The notes under the pieces were generated by a model. The model saw nothing but the letters and a program-made list of their open reading frames with translations. It searched no databases and had not been told where the DNA came from. Shown here piece after piece: positions 18,739 through 20,000 of a stretch of 20,000 nucleotides of DNA. A program made the position numbers and the translations under genes. The stretch is from a bacterium (GTDB taxonomy: Bacteria > J088 > JAWLBW01), in the NCBI GenBank assembly GCA_041690355.1, contig JAWLHK010000011.1:121121-141120 (forward strand), read 5' to 3'. Every line of letters begins with the position of its first letter. Positions within the stretch are counted from its first letter, which is position 1.

Positions 18739-18790
18739 AAAAGACCGGATATCCCACGCGGAGGCGCGGAGGCGCGGAGAGGAGAGACCA
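18739..18790 (+). repeat. Solo upstream copy of the first ~52 nt of the 81-bp repeat unit
   Basis: AAAAGACCGGATATCCCACGCGGAGGCGCGGAGGCGCGGAGAGGAGAGACCA is near-identical to the array units at 19353-19806. Confidence 0.9.
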
Positions 18791-18899
18791 AACAAGAACC
18801 TTTTTTCCTTTTTTAGTGCGTTTGGTGGGAAGAGGCCTTCTCCTGGGCTGTGACATGCGGCAGGATAGGCGCTTGGAGTTGCCAGAAAAGGTGAATGCC

Positions 18900-19340
18900 A
18901 TGCCGTCCCTCGATGAGATTACTGCCCTGATTATCGACCAGTCCGTACAGATTCACCGTGACCTGGGGCCAGGGCTGCTCGAATCCGTTTACGAATCCAT
19001 CCTCGAGCGCTCGTTGCAGAAGAAGGGCCTCTTCGTCGAACGGCAGCAATCTGTATCCATTCAATACGAGGATATCGTCATCGACGAAGCGTTCCGGGCC
19101 GACCTGATCGTCCACAAGACGGTCATCCTCGAGATTAAGTCGGTGGAAAAGCTCGCCCCGGTGCACAGCAAGCAGCTGCTGACGTATCTCCGCCTGATGC
19201 GACTTCCTGTCGGATTACTGATCAACTTCGGAGCTCCGCTTCTCAAAGACGGACTTCACCGGGTGGTAAACAAGTTGTCGCCGGCAGATTCCCCCACCCT
19301 GGCCGTGAATCGAGAACCTGTCGCACCGATTGACACATAA
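18900..19340 (+). CDS. GxxExxY protein, PD-(D/E)XK nuclease superfamily (146 aa)
   Basis: IHRDLGPGLLESVYE (GxxExxY), FRADLIV..VILEIKSV (D...ExK), QLLTYLRL...GLLINFG. Confidence 0.93.
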   Translation: MPSLDEITALIIDQSVQIHRDLGPGLLESVYESILERSLQKKGLFVERQQSVSIQYEDIVIDEAFRADLIVHKTVILEIKSVEKLAPVHSKQLLTYLRLMRLPVGLLINFGAPLLKDGLHRVVNKLSPADSPTLAVNREPVAPIDT

Positions 19341-19352
19341 GGCCAAGGGCGG

Positions 19353-19806
19353 AAAAGACCGGACGTCCCACGCGGAGCCGCGGAGACGCGGAGAGGAAAG
19401 ACCCGGAAAGAGCGAATTCCCAGCGGATGACAAAAAAGACCGGACGTCCCACGCGGAGCCGCGGAGGCGCGGAGAGGAAAGACCCGGAAAGAGCGAATTC
19501 CCAGCGGATGACAAAAAAGACCGGATATCCCACGCGGAGGCGCGGAGAGGAAAGACCCGGAAAGAGCGAATTCCCAGCGGATTACAAAAAGGACCGGACG
19601 TCCCACGCGGAGCCGCGGAGGCGCGGAGAGGAAAGACCAGGAAAGAGCGAATTCCCAGCGGATGACAAAAAAGACCGGACGTCCCACGCGGAGCCGCGGA
19701 GGCGCGGAGAGGAAAGACCAGGAAAGAGCGAATTCCCAGCGGATGACAAAAAAGACCGGATATCCCACGCGGAGCCGCGGAGGCGCGGAGAGGAAAGACC
19801 CGGAAA
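19353..19806 (+). repeat. Tandem array of ~5.6 copies of an 81-bp unit
   Basis: GACCGG anchors at 19357, 19438, 19519, 19592, 19673, 19754 (periods 81,81,73,81,81). Unit 3 lacks one 8-nt CCGCGGAG subunit. Confidence 0.95.
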
Positions 19807-19889
19807 AAGTCGATTTCTTATTCCAAGGCGGGACCTGATGTACGGACGTGACTCCAAGTACTTGCTTTCAAGGCATTCGGTACTTGTTT

Positions 19890-19916
19890 CTCTCCGCGAC
19901 CCCGCGCCTCCGCGTG
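19890..19916 (-). repeat. Inverted copy of the (CGCGGAG)x3 repeat core
   Basis: The reverse complement CACGCGGAGGCGCGGGGTCGCGGAGAG matches 18755-18781 at 25/27. Confidence 0.88.
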
Positions 19917-19923
19917 AAACAGG

Positions 19924-19958
19924 CCCTTCGCCCTTCACCCTCCACGCACCACCCGCCA
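19924..19958. repeat. Degenerate heptamer tandem repeat
   Basis: CCCTTCG CCCTTCA CCCTCCA CGCACCA CCCGCCA. Confidence 0.6.
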
Positions 19959-20000
19959 ACCGGTTCTTTCCGAACGAACTGAGGAAGGTACTTGCTTCTC

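Noticed and set aside
18729-18899. N-terminal extension of the GxxExxY ORF
   Set aside because: It uses a TTG start and reads through the repeat copy and a T-tract. The family domain starts at about ATG 18900.
18900-19340. Classical IS transposase
   Set aside because: No DDE, HUH or serine/tyrosine recombinase motifs and no target-site duplication were seen, so mobility remains only a hypothesis.
19353-19806. CRISPR array
   Set aside because: Whole 81-bp units are near-identical, so there are no unique spacers, and there are no cas genes in the window.
19215-19959. ORFs over the repeat array (19215..19514, 19243..19533, 19256..19768, 19330..19665, 19582..19959)
   Set aside because: They are by-products of an 81-nt (multiple of 3) repeat. 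They are open in several frames on both strands and are frameshifted by the 8-nt deletion in unit 3.

Overview
High-GC Gram-negative bacterial window; the gene content suggests a Deltaproteobacteria/Myxococcota-like organism (inference). From left to right: bamA (runs off the left edge, missing from the ORF track) and lolD on the minus strand; a divergent FmdB-family zinc-ribbon gene with a CIRCE-like operator; a single-domain response regulator; a minus-strand run pheA-hisC-tyrA-aroA-class I glutamine amidotransferase; a second single-domain response regulator; a DUF4388/degenerate-J/TPR/FHA-like multidomain protein; and a minus-strand SUF Fe-S operon (Rrf2 regulator-sufB-C-D-S-U-T plus a CxxC-domain/rhodanese fusion). 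The right end is the most unusual part. It holds a GxxExxY PD-(D/E)XK nuclease-family gene with a direct repeat copy upstream, about 5.6 tandem 81-bp copies of that repeat downstream, and then an inverted copy of its (CGCGGAG)x3 core. This is a candidate nuclease-plus-repeat mobile or selfish element. All family assignments come from motif recognition; no database searches were run.
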